From Escherichia phage vB_EcoP_HC-25922: a DNA stretch of 64,000 bases. The DNA lies in sequence record OQ555404.1; one strand, 5' to 3'. Position numbers and translations under genes: made by a program. Within the stretch, counting starts at the first letter, position 1. Each line of letters opens with the position of its first letter. The notes beneath the pieces are model-generated. The model saw nothing but the letters and a program-made list of their open reading frames with translations, searched no databases and was not told the origin of the DNA. Below are positions 47,081-56,983 of the stretch, piece by piece.

Positions 47081-47614
47081 TTATACACCCTTAGATGCAA
47101 CTACACCATTACTGCCGTTGTATCGACCCTTCACTGCATAAGAGTCATCACCAGCGTGAGAGTGTTCGAACATAACCATTTGACCAACACGCATCCCAGC
47201 ACGAACTCGTAAGCTATGATTATGGGTAACGTTATGAAATTCAAAGGTTAGTTTACTGCTGTTAAACCCTGCATCAGCCCAACCAGCATGGAGGTGGTTT
47301 AAACCACAACGAGCCATTGAGGAGCGAAGTACAAACAGGCTTGAGATGTTATCTGGAAGGTTAAACTCTTCCATTGAGTGCGCTAAGAAGAATTGCCCCG
47401 GAGTGATAACAATACCATCTTCAGGGATTTTTACTTCTTTCCACTTGAGGTTTTCTTTAGCATCAATGTCAACAATTCCGTCAGCCTGTTCTTCAACAAG
47501 GATAGTATCACCAATACGGATATCCACGCTAGCAGCGTTAACATATTTATGCTCCGCATCTAAAAAGCCATTATCAATAACGCTGTGTAATTCTTGAGAA
47601 CCTAAAAGACTCAT
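47081..47614 (-). CDS. dCTP deaminase (dUTPase superfamily)
   Basis: VDIRIGDT and GWADAGF...LTFEFHN...GQMVMFE match dCTP deaminase/dUTPase signatures. Confidence 0.75.
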   Translation of the reverse strand: MSLLGSQELHSVIDNGFLDAEHKYVNAASVDIRIGDTILVEEQADGIVDIDAKENLKWKEVKIPEDGIVITPGQFFLAHSMEEFNLPDNISSLFVLRSSMARCGLNHLHAGWADAGFNSSKLTFEFHNVTHNHSLRVRAGMRVGQMVMFEHSHAGDDSYAVKGRYNGSNGVVASKGV

Positions 47615-49074
47615 GAGTTTCTGTTTCCTTGTACAGATGATGCCAAATTATTAATCATGTTACGAGCTGTTTCACGAGATAGTGTAACACCTGCTAAGTT
47701 GTTATGAAGCTCACCAGATAGCTCACGAGCAGCAGCTCGAAGTTCTGTACCAAGTGTAGTATCGGAGTGAGCCAAACCATTACGACGACTATAAGGTCGA
47801 GGAGCTTCGTTAGCGTCATTAGCCAATGATGCAAAACCAATATGAGCAGCTTCACGAGCCGCTATAGTTGACACTCGATCTTCCGTAGGGGTTGGCAAAT
47901 CACCAACTTCTACACGTTCTATATCACCAGCACGTAGACCCTGAACGACTGAGCTTACTGTTTCCCATGAACGACGAGAACGCTGTAAATCACCCATTGA
48001 CGGAGAAGAAGCAGGTCGAACAGTTACTCCACCTGTATCATGAGTGACATGCCATGTACGAGTATCCATTCCAGAAGAGCGTGCACTACCAAAACTGCCA
48101 GTGAAAGTGTCACGAGGTGCCATTGTAGGAGGAACTGCGAATCTTTCCTGTTGCCAAGAATCGCGTCTGTTAGTTCCCGGAGTCCAAGGCTGCGTGATTG
48201 CTTCAGCACCTATAGTGGTTAATCCGCTAGACCATTCTGTCTGTAGGTTAACTTCCTCGTCCAGATAACTACGACCCCTTTCCTGAGGAATGTTTAATAT
48301 AGTTTCCATCATCTTCAGGGTATAATGACGACGCTGATTCTGATATAAATTTACACCAGCCATAGGTCCAACTAAATCACTAATCAGGTGAACTTCTGGC
48401 TCACCGAAAGCTCCCATTGCAAGGTGCATATATTCGATAGAACTGCTATAAACTGCAACAGTTGCTTCAGGCCACTTTTTGTGAACATACTTCATTTCAC
48501 GACTAGATACCACAGGAATGTCACGAGTGTATGACATTGCAAACAAACCTTCGTTTGACACATACATGTCATCAAGAGACATGAACCCCTGACAGATCAT
48601 AGGAAAGCGACGGCTTAAAGTATCCATATCCAAAGGTAGATTAATCATCATCTGGATTTTAACTTGATCAATCTCAATTTCCAGAATCTCTTGGAAAGTG
48701 AAAAGTGATTCAGTATAGGTTGTTCCACTGATAGGCTGAACTAGTCGAGATGTAACTTGAAGCCCCTTACTCTCTGTCCAAGACAAGAAGTTGTCAAGGA
48801 ATAGTGCAGCATTACTTACGTTAGCAGGGCTGTTTTCCTGACGAGTGTTCCAACGGAACCCTCCTTGAACTAGGAAGATATCAACATCATTCGGAGTTCG
48901 ATTTTGGAAGAACGTATCACGGATAGCACCACCTGCAATGACAGGATAGATACCATCAGGGACTACGTTATCTCTGATCAGATTGCGAATCAGATCAAGC
49001 CCTACGCTGAGGGCTTCTCCTTCTTGAAGGTTTAATTCAGACAATGGAATCTTAATCATTTCTACATTTTCCAA
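47611..49074 (-). CDS. Pol-beta-superfamily nucleotidyltransferase (CCA-adding enzyme or poly(A) polymerase-like head) with low-complexity C-terminal region
   Basis: AGGAIRD plus 9 aa plus DVD matches the GGxVRD...DxD head motif of tRNA nucleotidyltransferases; C-terminal 200 aa S/T/R/A-rich. Confidence 0.5.
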   Translation of the reverse strand: MENVEMIKIPLSELNLQEGEALSVGLDLIRNLIRDNVVPDGIYPVIAGGAIRDTFFQNRTPNDVDIFLVQGGFRWNTRQENSPANVSNAALFLDNFLSWTESKGLQVTSRLVQPISGTTYTESLFTFQEILEIEIDQVKIQMMINLPLDMDTLSRRFPMICQGFMSLDDMYVSNEGLFAMSYTRDIPVVSSREMKYVHKKWPEATVAVYSSSIEYMHLAMGAFGEPEVHLISDLVGPMAGVNLYQNQRRHYTLKMMETILNIPQERGRSYLDEEVNLQTEWSSGLTTIGAEAITQPWTPGTNRRDSWQQERFAVPPTMAPRDTFTGSFGSARSSGMDTRTWHVTHDTGGVTVRPASSPSMGDLQRSRRSWETVSSVVQGLRAGDIERVEVGDLPTPTEDRVSTIAAREAAHIGFASLANDANEAPRPYSRRNGLAHSDTTLGTELRAAARELSGELHNNLAGVTLSRETARNMINNLASSVQGNRNS

Positions 49075-49610
49075 TTTAGAGATGGGGGATTCTTATAATC
49101 AAATCCAGCCATTTGACAAAGACACATGTAAACTTTAACTGTCAAGTTAACGTCTTGCTCACAATAGGTGAACATGTCTTCAGTGAATGCGTCCCATGCC
49201 TCCTCCTGTTCTCCATAATCTCCTTTCAGCTCCCCAAGAAACTCGCCCCATTGTTTGAGGCCGTGACCACGAGGGCCATGTCTAGGGTCGCCTTTGGGGT
49301 ATTCTGGACTATCACCAATACGGTCAGGCTTGAGATATCTACTCAGGCACAAAGTATCGAAGACGTTAAAGCGAAAAGGTATCACATGAGAATAAAACTT
49401 AAACAAAGCAGGAAGGTCAAAATCAATAATATTGTGACCTATTACTACATCAGCTTCTTTCAGTTTGTGTAGTGCTTCTTCAATTTGGTGAGGGCGATAC
49501 CCCCACCGCTCTCCAGATAATACATCAAATATCCAGATACACCAGACATTCTGAATACCATCATAGAGATTATCCCCCTCGATATCAAACGCATACAGTT
49601 TCTTTACCAC
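49062..49610 (-). CDS. 3'-5' exonuclease (DnaQ-like proofreading domain), separate gene
   Basis: Exo I FDIEGD, Exo [10 protein letters not shown], Exo III YCEQDV. Confidence 0.65.
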   Translation of the reverse strand: MVKKLYAFDIEGDNLYDGIQNVWCIWIFDVLSGERWGYRPHQIEEALHKLKEADVVIGHNIIDFDLPALFKFYSHVIPFRFNVFDTLCLSRYLKPDRIGDSPEYPKGDPRHGPRGHGLKQWGEFLGELKGDYGEQEEAWDAFTEDMFTYCEQDVNLTVKVYMCLCQMAGFDYKNPPSLNWKM

Positions 49611-51394
49611 GGACGTGCCTCCCCTTCTTGTGCAAGTAAGGAAGCTGCATCCTCTCCATTGGTAACGGTAAAAGGATGCTCTTCATCAACTTCATGATCT
49701 TCTCGTTCTACAAGACGACCTGTTTCATTGATGTATTTGGTATAGCAAACCCCTGTCTGTCCATAGTTACGCTCTTTGAGCAGTCGTATGATTGACAAGT
49801 TTTTACCTAACCCATCCGCTTGTTTATTACGTTCAAAACCAATAATACACTGACACCAGCGCATCAATGAACGTGAACCAGTAAACTGTACTTCTTTAAC
49901 CTGACCACCTTCTTCGTGGGGTGCACCACCTGCCGGAGCGTTCAAGTGAGATAATACAAAAGCAGTGAAGTCTAATTCCTTACACATACCAGCAAGCTCT
50001 GAAGCAATCTTGCTGATTTCTGTGTTTACCTCAGATGGGGTTAAGTGAGATACCAATGCAGTGATGTTATCAAGAATGATAAATTTACACTGATTCTCAA
50101 CTACCCAAAAGCGAATACACTGCTTAATGTCTTCCCACTCGTTCTGCCCAAAGTTGTCATACAAGAAAAACTTATCAGCGTATCGAAGTGCTTCATCTCG
50201 TAGCTGGCTTTCTTCGTACTCAACATCTGGTCGGTGGAATGGAATAGATGCAGATTTACCTGCAATGTTCTTAACAGACATGCCTACCTTCTCTTCCAAG
50301 AAGAAGCCACCACCATTAAAACCATGCTCAAGGCAAAGCCATGCTACTAGTTCGTGTGCGATTAAGGTTTTACCTGAACCAACACCACCGCCGATTGCAA
50401 CCATCTCTCCCCAACGAATACCAAAGGTCATGTCGTTAAGAGTTTTCCACGGATAAGGAATACCCCATTCCGCTTTCTTCAGAGCATCTTCGAGGCAATC
50501 AAAAACTGTAACAGCTCCAGCAGGGGATTCCCGCTTAGCTGAATATTTCAGATTGTTGAAAAGCTCTTGACCTCTCCCTGCAAGTAACATGTCGTTTGCA
50601 TCTTTGATTTCCTTTTCTTGTCCGTTATAAGTGAACGTACCTTTTGGAATCCTTGCAAACTTAACATGCGGGTACAGAGAACGACCCTTAGTTAAAGCAA
50701 TCTCACCTGCATCATCATTGTCCATGCAGAGTACAATCTCCTCGAAACCATTAATAAAATCACGGTTTCTTGATAATACAGAAGAGATTGAACCTGCACC
50801 GAACGGAAGAGAGACGCAAGCAGGTTTGATGTTAGTTGCGTTTGTAAACGCGGTAAGTACGTGGAACCCAGACATACAAGAGAGAGGATCTTCAAAGATG
50901 AAGAGTTTCTTGTTGTATACGTCACCACGTTGTGCTTGAGCCATACCAAACAAGTCGGCTTCTTTCACATTACCTACATAATAGAACTTCTTGCTGTCTA
51001 GAAGTTTTACTTCATATCCAACAATGTTCCCATCACGTTCACGAGGGAAGAAGTAGCTGTCAGGAGTTTGACCATCTGTTTGGCTTAAACCGATACGGCA
51101 TCCATAACGTTCAGATACAGCTTTAGGGATTAAGCGACGAGTCAACTCTCCCTGAGGAAGCTCTAAGCAATCGTCTAAGACTTCTCGGAGTTCTTCAGGG
51201 GACAGCTCTTTCTTTTCATTAGGAGTGGGCGTCGTTCCTTTCTCGAAGATTTCATACGCACCACATCTGTTACATGAACCCCACTCCTCACCGGACTCTT
51301 CATTTCGGAAGAGAATCATGTGATTGCGGGTCTTATCACGACCATGAGAGATACACTCTTTACAGCCCGTGTCTCCCAAAATGATCTTTGACAT
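49604..51394 (-). CDS. primase-helicase (zinc-binding and TOPRIM-like N-terminus, DnaB-like helicase C-terminus)
   Basis: N-terminal Cys cluster CKEC...CNRCG; [16 protein letters not shown]-like acidic motif; Walker [10 protein letters not shown]. Confidence 0.75.
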   Translation of the reverse strand: MSKIILGDTGCKECISHGRDKTRNHMILFRNEESGEEWGSCNRCGAYEIFEKGTTPTPNEKKELSPEELREVLDDCLELPQGELTRRLIPKAVSERYGCRIGLSQTDGQTPDSYFFPRERDGNIVGYEVKLLDSKKFYYVGNVKEADLFGMAQAQRGDVYNKKLFIFEDPLSCMSGFHVLTAFTNATNIKPACVSLPFGAGSISSVLSRNRDFINGFEEIVLCMDNDDAGEIALTKGRSLYPHVKFARIPKGTFTYNGQEKEIKDANDMLLAGRGQELFNNLKYSAKRESPAGAVTVFDCLEDALKKAEWGIPYPWKTLNDMTFGIRWGEMVAIGGGVGSGKTLIAHELVAWLCLEHGFNGGGFFLEEKVGMSVKNIAGKSASIPFHRPDVEYEESQLRDEALRYADKFFLYDNFGQNEWEDIKQCIRFWVVENQCKFIILDNITALVSHLTPSEVNTEISKIASELAGMCKELDFTAFVLSHLNAPAGGAPHEEGGQVKEVQFTGSRSLMRWCQCIIGFERNKQADGLGKNLSIIRLLKERNYGQTGVCYTKYINETGRLVEREDHEVDEEHPFTVTNGEDAASLLAQEGEARPW

Positions 51395-51429
51395 GCTCTA
51401 TCCTCCTTGGAATTCCTTGAGCAATCTTC

Positions 51430-51636
51430 TTAGTAAAACGATCGTATTTCTTCCCACACATCATCTTGCAAGTTTCTAAAACCCTGCAAGGTTTGCTTTG
51501 TTCTGTGAATAAATTCTTCAGAGTGCTTATCAGGTGTGAGCATACTGACAAACTTTTCATAGCGATTAATCTTCCACCGCATCTTCAAGTAGTCAGATTC
51601 CAGCTTTCTTAACTTCTGCCTGTCAGTTACTGTCAT
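51430..51636 (-). CDS. hypothetical small protein
   Basis: Internal start ATG 51636. Confidence 0.35.
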   Translation of the reverse strand: MTVTDRQKLRKLESDYLKMRWKINRYEKFVSMLTPDKHSEEFIHRTKQTLQGFRNLQDDVWEEIRSFY

Positions 51637-52054
51637 CCTTCTCACCTGCCAGATATGCTGTCCAGTCACCAGATTCAACCAGAACATCTTGTTCTTCGTC
51701 GATGTGATAAATCCACGCTTCCACAGTTTCACCGCTGTCCAATAATACTGGAATCAGTGTACGCTTGTAAAAGGTGTATGGGTTATCATTACCACGATGA
51801 CCTTCCAGACCGTCATACGGACCTTCCAGACCAGCTTGGGTTGTTTCAAAGACTTCTACACGAACAGGCTTACCGTTGCTGTCATGCTCCAAAGATACAC
51901 TTGGGAAGTATGCTGTGCAATACTGATACAGGTTACAGTTGTTTACTGTCCACCCTTCACCAATAGACACACCACCTGCACGAGCATTGATAGCGTGGTT
52001 GTGTTGACCTTTACGAAGAGAACCATACGTTGCAACTAATACTTTATCAGACAT
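51623..52054 (-). CDS. gamma-glutamyl cyclotransferase-like (AIG2/GGCT family) protein
   Basis: N-terminal VLVATYGSLRKGQHNH matches the YGSL(R/K).G motif of GGCT/AIG2/YtfP enzymes; AAAGGTAA RBS. Confidence 0.65.
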   Translation of the reverse strand: MSDKVLVATYGSLRKGQHNHAINARAGGVSIGEGWTVNNCNLYQYCTAYFPSVSLEHDSNGKPVRVEVFETTQAGLEGPYDGLEGHRGNDNPYTFYKRTLIPVLLDSGETVEAWIYHIDEEQDVLVESGDWTAYLAGEKDDSN

Positions 52055-52058
52055 TACA

Positions 52059-52256
52059 TTACCTTTTGTTTAAAATTTCTTTTGTACAAGAAGTCCCGTT
52101 ACACACGAGAACTGTTTGAGTTATAGAATCGACAACTGTTACATGGCTGCCGCATTGAGTTATGATTTGACCTCTCCCTGAATCTTTAGAGATGCATTCA
52201 TCAGCGGCGATCGCTGACACACTGAATAAGGAGAGGAAAAATAGAATCTTTTTCAT
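52059..52256 (-). CDS. small secreted Cys-rich protein
   Basis: Signal peptide MKKILFFLSLFSVSAIA followed by a Cys-containing 45-aa mature part. Confidence 0.4.
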   Translation of the reverse strand: MKKILFFLSLFSVSAIAADECISKDSGRGQIITQCGSHVTVVDSITQTVLVCNGTSCTKEILNKR

Positions 52257-52262
52257 GGCTGC

Positions 52263-52679
52263 TTACCAATCATGTTGGAAACCAGAATATCCAGAGAAGA
52301 TGATTGATCGGATTGGCTTTTCAGGGAATTCTTCAAAACATCCCTTAATGGCTTTCTTGGTTTCATCAGAAATTGACTCTTTTTCACCAAACCAATATTC
52401 TTCAAAAATATCAGAGAAGATATAAGTTCGGTATCTTTCCAAGTCATAAAAACCTTCCACTGCACTTGTAACAGCTCTACTAATTACACTTGAAGCTACA
52501 GGAAATAAGTCACCGTGTTCCAGAAACAAGCACCAACGATCAAAGAGAGGAATCTCTTCATCTTTCAGAAGACTTTCTAACTCTTCCTTTGCCTCTTTCT
52601 TGTGCTTCTCAAAGAGGTTTTTGGAATACTCTACATCTAAGATACGACTTTTAAACATATCCAGTTTATTATTAACCAT
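52263..52679 (-). CDS. hypothetical protein
   Basis: 138-aa ORF. Confidence 0.45.
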   Translation of the reverse strand: MVNNKLDMFKSRILDVEYSKNLFEKHKKEAKEELESLLKDEEIPLFDRWCLFLEHGDLFPVASSVISRAVTSAVEGFYDLERYRTYIFSDIFEEYWFGEKESISDETKKAIKGCFEEFPEKPIRSIIFSGYSGFQHDW

Positions 52680-52736
52680 TTTACAACCTCTAGTTAAATT
52701 CGAACTAGCCTCCTCTTTCGAAGAGGCTAAAGCAAA

Positions 52737-52922
52737 TTATTCTACTTCGAAGTGTTTGATCACACCAGTCAGTACATCAGATTGGAATGTACCCACTAGC
52801 TCTGTACCTCGGAAGAAGTTAACACTTGTTCCAAGTGCTTCAAAGCGATCTGCTTGAATGTCCAGAGATTGAATATTTCCTTCTGCTGACATTGTACGAA
52901 ACATGATTGTGTATTTATTCAC
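52737..52922 (-). CDS. hypothetical protein
   Basis: 61-aa ORF. Confidence 0.35.
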   Translation of the reverse strand: MNKYTIMFRTMSAEGNIQSLDIQADRFEALGTSVNFFRGTELVGTFQSDVLTGVIKHFEVE

Positions 52923-53161
52923 AGACTTGTTACTCCCTTATCTGCTTGTGCAATTGCGATGATACGCTCAGCACATTCCATTGAATATTTATCACCTCGT
53001 TTGAGGAAGGTGATGATTGCAGAGAACTGATTACCAATCATTCTCTTATTTGTGATACCGAACTCTTCACAGAGTTGGTTGATAGCTTTACGAGAGCCTA
53101 CAATCAGAGGCTCTTTTTCTTCGGTCATTCCACGGCTGATCAAATCTTCGATAGACAACAT
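52919..53161 (-). CDS. hypothetical protein
   Basis: 80-aa ORF. Confidence 0.4.
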   Translation of the reverse strand: MLSIEDLISRGMTEEKEPLIVGSRKAINQLCEEFGITNKRMIGNQFSAIITFLKRGDKYSMECAERIIAIAQADKGVTSL

Positions 53162-53187
53162 TACAAATTCCTTTTTGTTTAATTTAA

Positions 53188-54423
53188 TTACAGAGTTACT
53201 GCTACTTCGCTACCTTCAACATTTACAGACTCTAACTTGCGAGGGTTATGAATCTGGACTGGATTGACCGGAACGTTCCAACCACTGCGGTAGAAGTTAC
53301 GACCATCACAGAACAGGATGACATTGGCAGACATTGCATTCGGTTGCAGGTTGTTGTGGACATGACGGATATTTGCAATCCAGTAGCCACGAGACAAAGT
53401 GTAGCCAGTAGGTGCATTACGAATAGTTTGAGTATTCATCTGACCTTCCAGTTGCATTTCTTCAGGAACCACATCAACTGAATCAATCGGCTGTGCTACT
53501 TGTCCTTCCAGTGCAAAGTTTTCATCATCAGCACTTTCAATATCATCCACTAACTCACCGTCTCCATCTTCAATCGGAGTCTGGTAAACCACTTTATACT
53601 GAGGAGTATAGAGAGGGTTCTGAGCTTTAACAAACTCAAGAATGTTATGACGGTAGGTATCCAGAGTTGTACCAGTCAGGCCCGGTGCTGTATTAACTTC
53701 CAGTACCCACGCTTCTTGACCTTTGGTGATAATATCAACTGCACCGAAATCCAGACCCATTGATTCAACAGCTTTCACTGCATTGATCAGAGAGGCGTCA
53801 TTCGGAGCATCTGTGAAGGAGCTTGAGTAAACCCAGCCAGTGTGGTGATTACGAATATCTTCACGATAGTTAGGGTCTTCGCGATAACCATTGCGACGAA
53901 TCTTCTTCTGAACATAGGTGATTACACCTTTGAACACATGGACACGCCACTCACGACGTGGGCCTTGAATGCCTTTAGTGTACAGTTCAGCTCGACCAAG
54001 ACCATCACCCGGTTCTACAACAACAATGCCCGAACCAGAGTGACCAGTCAGCTCATGGCGCTCATACACAATATTACCAGTGTTTGACCACTCTTGAGCA
54101 GTCTCTTGAACATCTGTGTATTCCACAGTTTTAACACCTGCTTGGTCCATCACGCTGAAAGCACGACGTTTGTTCGCTGCCATATGTAAGGCTGCGGTAC
54201 GGTTAAGGACGGTTGCAGAACCAAAGAATGATTCAGGATAGCGACGGTTCCCGTAGTTAACAACCACATCACCTTCACGAGAACGCCAGCGGCTATTCTC
54301 TGAAAGAAGACCCATCACGTTAGCATTGATGCGTTCATCACGGATAGTATCACTGATAGCAGATACTAGAGCGTTAACAGAATCAGACGGGCCATACGGA
54401 AGAACACGGATACGAGTAGTCAT
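53188..54423 (-). CDS. ATP-grasp family ligase
   Basis: AWVLEVNTAPGL matches the ATP-grasp Mg-binding E-x-N motif (as in RimK, D-Ala-D-Ala ligase); Gly-rich HSGSGIVVV segment; 411 aa with an extra C-terminal region. Confidence 0.6.
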   Translation of the reverse strand: MTTRIRVLPYGPSDSVNALVSAISDTIRDERINANVMGLLSENSRWRSREGDVVVNYGNRRYPESFFGSATVLNRTAALHMAANKRRAFSVMDQAGVKTVEYTDVQETAQEWSNTGNIVYERHELTGHSGSGIVVVEPGDGLGRAELYTKGIQGPRREWRVHVFKGVITYVQKKIRRNGYREDPNYREDIRNHHTGWVYSSSFTDAPNDASLINAVKAVESMGLDFGAVDIITKGQEAWVLEVNTAPGLTGTTLDTYRHNILEFVKAQNPLYTPQYKVVYQTPIEDGDGELVDDIESADDENFALEGQVAQPIDSVDVVPEEMQLEGQMNTQTIRNAPTGYTLSRGYWIANIRHVHNNLQPNAMSANVILFCDGRNFYRSGWNVPVNPVQIHNPRKLESVNVEGSEVAVTL

Positions 54424-54425
54424 TT

Positions 54426-54647
54426 TTAGATACCTTTTAGTTTAAGAATTTCGTTACGACAGGATTGAATTTTAGCTTCGATTGCCCAATACTCAGCGAA
54501 CATTTCGTCTTCTTGGGCATCACTTGGAGAGTCGATTAAGTTAAAAGCAAACGGATACAGCTTTCGCTGCTCCGTTACCAGTTGTTGAAGTCGGAGTTGT
54601 TGATACTCCAGCATTGTCAGGTGAGGCTTAGCTCCCTTGCTTGACAT
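54426..54647 (-). CDS. hypothetical small protein
   Basis: ORF between the ATP-grasp and amidotransferase genes; start uncertain (TTG 54656, ATG 54647 or 54614). Confidence 0.3.
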   Translation of the reverse strand: MSSKGAKPHLTMLEYQQLRLQQLVTEQRKLYPFAFNLIDSPSDAQEDEMFAEYWAIEAKIQSCRNEILKLKGI

Positions 54648-54861
54648 GAGGCTCAACTTTAATCCCCTTCATTTTAACATAGTCAGCCAACACGTTATTG
54701 ATAACGGTTGGAAAAGGGATTTCTACTGGAGAGTCAACCAGCTTCCCAATACCTTCTTGCATCCACTTCTGGATTGCTCGGAGGTTATCACATCCTGTGC
54801 TTGTCATCGGAATACGGCGGGTAGTTACCACGTTATCCAACATCAGTTTACGAACTTCCAT
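54628..54861 (-). CDS. hypothetical small protein
   Basis: 77 aa; AAGAGG RBS. Confidence 0.4.
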   Translation of the reverse strand: MEVRKLMLDNVVTTRRIPMTSTGCDNLRAIQKWMQEGIGKLVDSPVEIPFPTVINNVLADYVKMKGIKVEPHVKQGS

Positions 54862-54872
54862 AACTATACCTC

Positions 54873-56906
54873 TTAGTGTTTACCTTTACAGTAATCTGAA
54901 TTACAGATCACCCTGTTTTCTTTGTTCAGTGAGCAAGTTTCTGCATCACGCCACGGAATTTGTTTATAACAGACTGCACAAAACCCAATTGAAGTCCAGA
55001 GGGCTTTTGTAAACTCAGCTGTTCGTTGTCCATCGTAACTGACAACTGTTTTTCGGAGAGAGGTTGACTTTTCTGGAAATGTCTCCGCTTTCTCAGCGGG
55101 TACCTCCTTTGGGGCATTCTTTGGACCATAAACAGAGATGGCATAAGTATCACCACCACGTTTTTCCAAATACGAATTAGGAACATCTGCAAGTGTGATG
55201 TCCCCTGAACGTTTTGCTGAGCTGACCATTACAATCATACGGCTAAGCATACGTTCATCAACACGAACAGCTACTTCAGGACGACGTGGGTTGGTTGTGT
55301 CTACTGCTTTAGTCCAAATATAACCTTCAGATAGAGTAACATTCTTTACTTTATCTTTGATTTCTTTGGAGCAGATATAACAAACGTCTTCACCACGAAG
55401 TTTACTCATTTCGTTGTCAAACTCGAAATCAGTCTTGACTTCACCACAGATAGCACATACACCCAAAGGCACATCTTCTTCCTCTTCAGAGGTTTTAGAT
55501 AACGCTTCGAAGCATTCTGGATGCCAGTATGCCTGATAAGCAAACACAGCCTTACGAGCATCTTTCCAGTCAATGTGCTTATCACAACCACCACAGTCAC
55601 CATGAGAGTGAGATTCCCAGAACTTACGAGTGACTTCTACACCATTCTTAGTGATGAAGGAGTCCTCTGCATCAAAAGGGATATCATCATCAAAATCAGC
55701 AGTAGTGCTTTGAGGCTCCTTATCTGTAGCATCAACAAACAGCCCTGAAGTTAGTACGAGGCGAATCATACTGTCCACTTCGGAGATACAAGCAATCGTC
55801 CCGCGATATACTACCTTTGGGTTTTCAAGAGCCTTAAGATATTCATCTTTGGCTACGTTGTGAACATCCCCTTCGACATACTCTTGAGCTTTATCATCGT
55901 AGATGTAACCAACCATCTTACCACGATCTGTGTTGTTATAAGCATGGAACTCGTGAGGAATAATATCCACACGACCATCACGACGATAAGGAAGACCACG
56001 ATCGGCAGCCAGTTTGTTCTGGTCTTCAATCGCTTTACGACGACGAATGTCTCCGCTTGTCACGCCGGGCTTGTCGTCTTTGTTTCCGTAAATGTCGCTT
56101 GTGCTGCTGCTTGATTTGTTTGTCTGTTGGTTCTGATAAAGAGAGGAGTTCGAGTAATAGCCGCCCCAGCGACTCGTTACCGTAAAAACCGGAAGCGTGT
56201 GCTCCACCTCTTGAACCAGAGTCATACGACTGTTAGACACATCAAAGATATACTCAGTTCCCACTTTACATTCGAAGTGGTCATTGATACGGTTCTTATG
56301 GGACTTAGAACGCTCTAAAATCCACATAAGCATAGCTTCTTCAGAAGCTCCAAACCAATCCAAACCACAGCGGGCTAGGTGGAAAGGACGCTCATCATTA
56401 CGGATAATGTGAAGTGTGTTGTCTTTAGCATCATGCCAAATCAAAGTGAATGCACCATCCAGTTTTTGGATAGTCTCTGCTGCTCCAATGGTGTTAATTG
56501 AGTGGCAGATGTTTTCACTATCAACTTCGAAACGCTTACTGTCAGGAAGGAGATCTTGATCTAACAGGGTTCCATTATGAACCAGAGTAATATCCCCGTG
56601 AGTAAATGGGTGAGCATTTCGAGCATTGACAGCCCCACGAGTGGCATGTCGGCTGTGACCAACAATCCACGAAGGAGGAACTACGTAGTTCGTAAGCCCT
56701 TTGGTAATATTTGTATATTCTGTCTGGAGCATAAAAGCATAAGAAGGAAGAGCTTCTTTATAAGAGAAGACTTGCTTTTCACCTTTACGCTGACCAAACA
56801 CACCAGTTGAGTGCTGTCCACGGAAAACACCAGCATACAGAAGTTGGTTGAAAATGTCCAAATCTGCTGAGGTCATGTTGCCGCCAGCTAATACGATACC
56901 ACAAAT
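54873..56906 (-). CDS. PurF-type class II (Ntn) glutamine amidotransferase domain fused to a Cys-rich C-terminal domain; probable ATT start
   Basis: In-frame upstream of the track ATG lies K-I-CGIVLAGGNM, matching the PurF N-terminus MCGIVGIAGVM; also FRGQHSTGVF, VGHSRHATRG...HPF, LVHNGTL; AGGTGG RBS 8 nt before ATT 56904-56906; C-terminal CxxC clusters. Confidence 0.7.
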   Translation of the reverse strand: MCGIVLAGGNMTSADLDIFNQLLYAGVFRGQHSTGVFGQRKGEKQVFSYKEALPSYAFMLQTEYTNITKGLTNYVVPPSWIVGHSRHATRGAVNARNAHPFTHGDITLVHNGTLLDQDLLPDSKRFEVDSENICHSINTIGAAETIQKLDGAFTLIWHDAKDNTLHIIRNDERPFHLARCGLDWFGASEEAMLMWILERSKSHKNRINDHFECKVGTEYIFDVSNSRMTLVQEVEHTLPVFTVTSRWGGYYSNSSLYQNQQTNKSSSSTSDIYGNKDDKPGVTSGDIRRRKAIEDQNKLAADRGLPYRRDGRVDIIPHEFHAYNNTDRGKMVGYIYDDKAQEYVEGDVHNVAKDEYLKALENPKVVYRGTIACISEVDSMIRLVLTSGLFVDATDKEPQSTTADFDDDIPFDAEDSFITKNGVEVTRKFWESHSHGDCGGCDKHIDWKDARKAVFAYQAYWHPECFEALSKTSEEEEDVPLGVCAICGEVKTDFEFDNEMSKLRGEDVCYICSKEIKDKVKNVTLSEGYIWTKAVDTTNPRRPEVAVRVDERMLSRMIVMVSSAKRSGDITLADVPNSYLEKRGGDTYAISVYGPKNAPKEVPAEKAETFPEKSTSLRKTVVSYDGQRTAEFTKALWTSIGFCAVCYKQIPWRDAETCSLNKENRVICNSDYCKGKH

Positions 56907-56983
56907 TTTCTAATCCACCTGAAGGGTAAACCCTTTCATCTAATTAACCTTTAAATGCGCCCTGTATAAGAGCGCCCGTTGTG

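Noticed and set aside
43551-50456. + strand track ORFs inside the - strand block (for example 43551..43877, 45006..45371, 49113..49472, 50127..50456)
   Set aside because: They lie antisense to genes with strong motif support (ThyX, membrane paralogs, exonuclease, primase-helicase), lack RBSs and have low-complexity translations.
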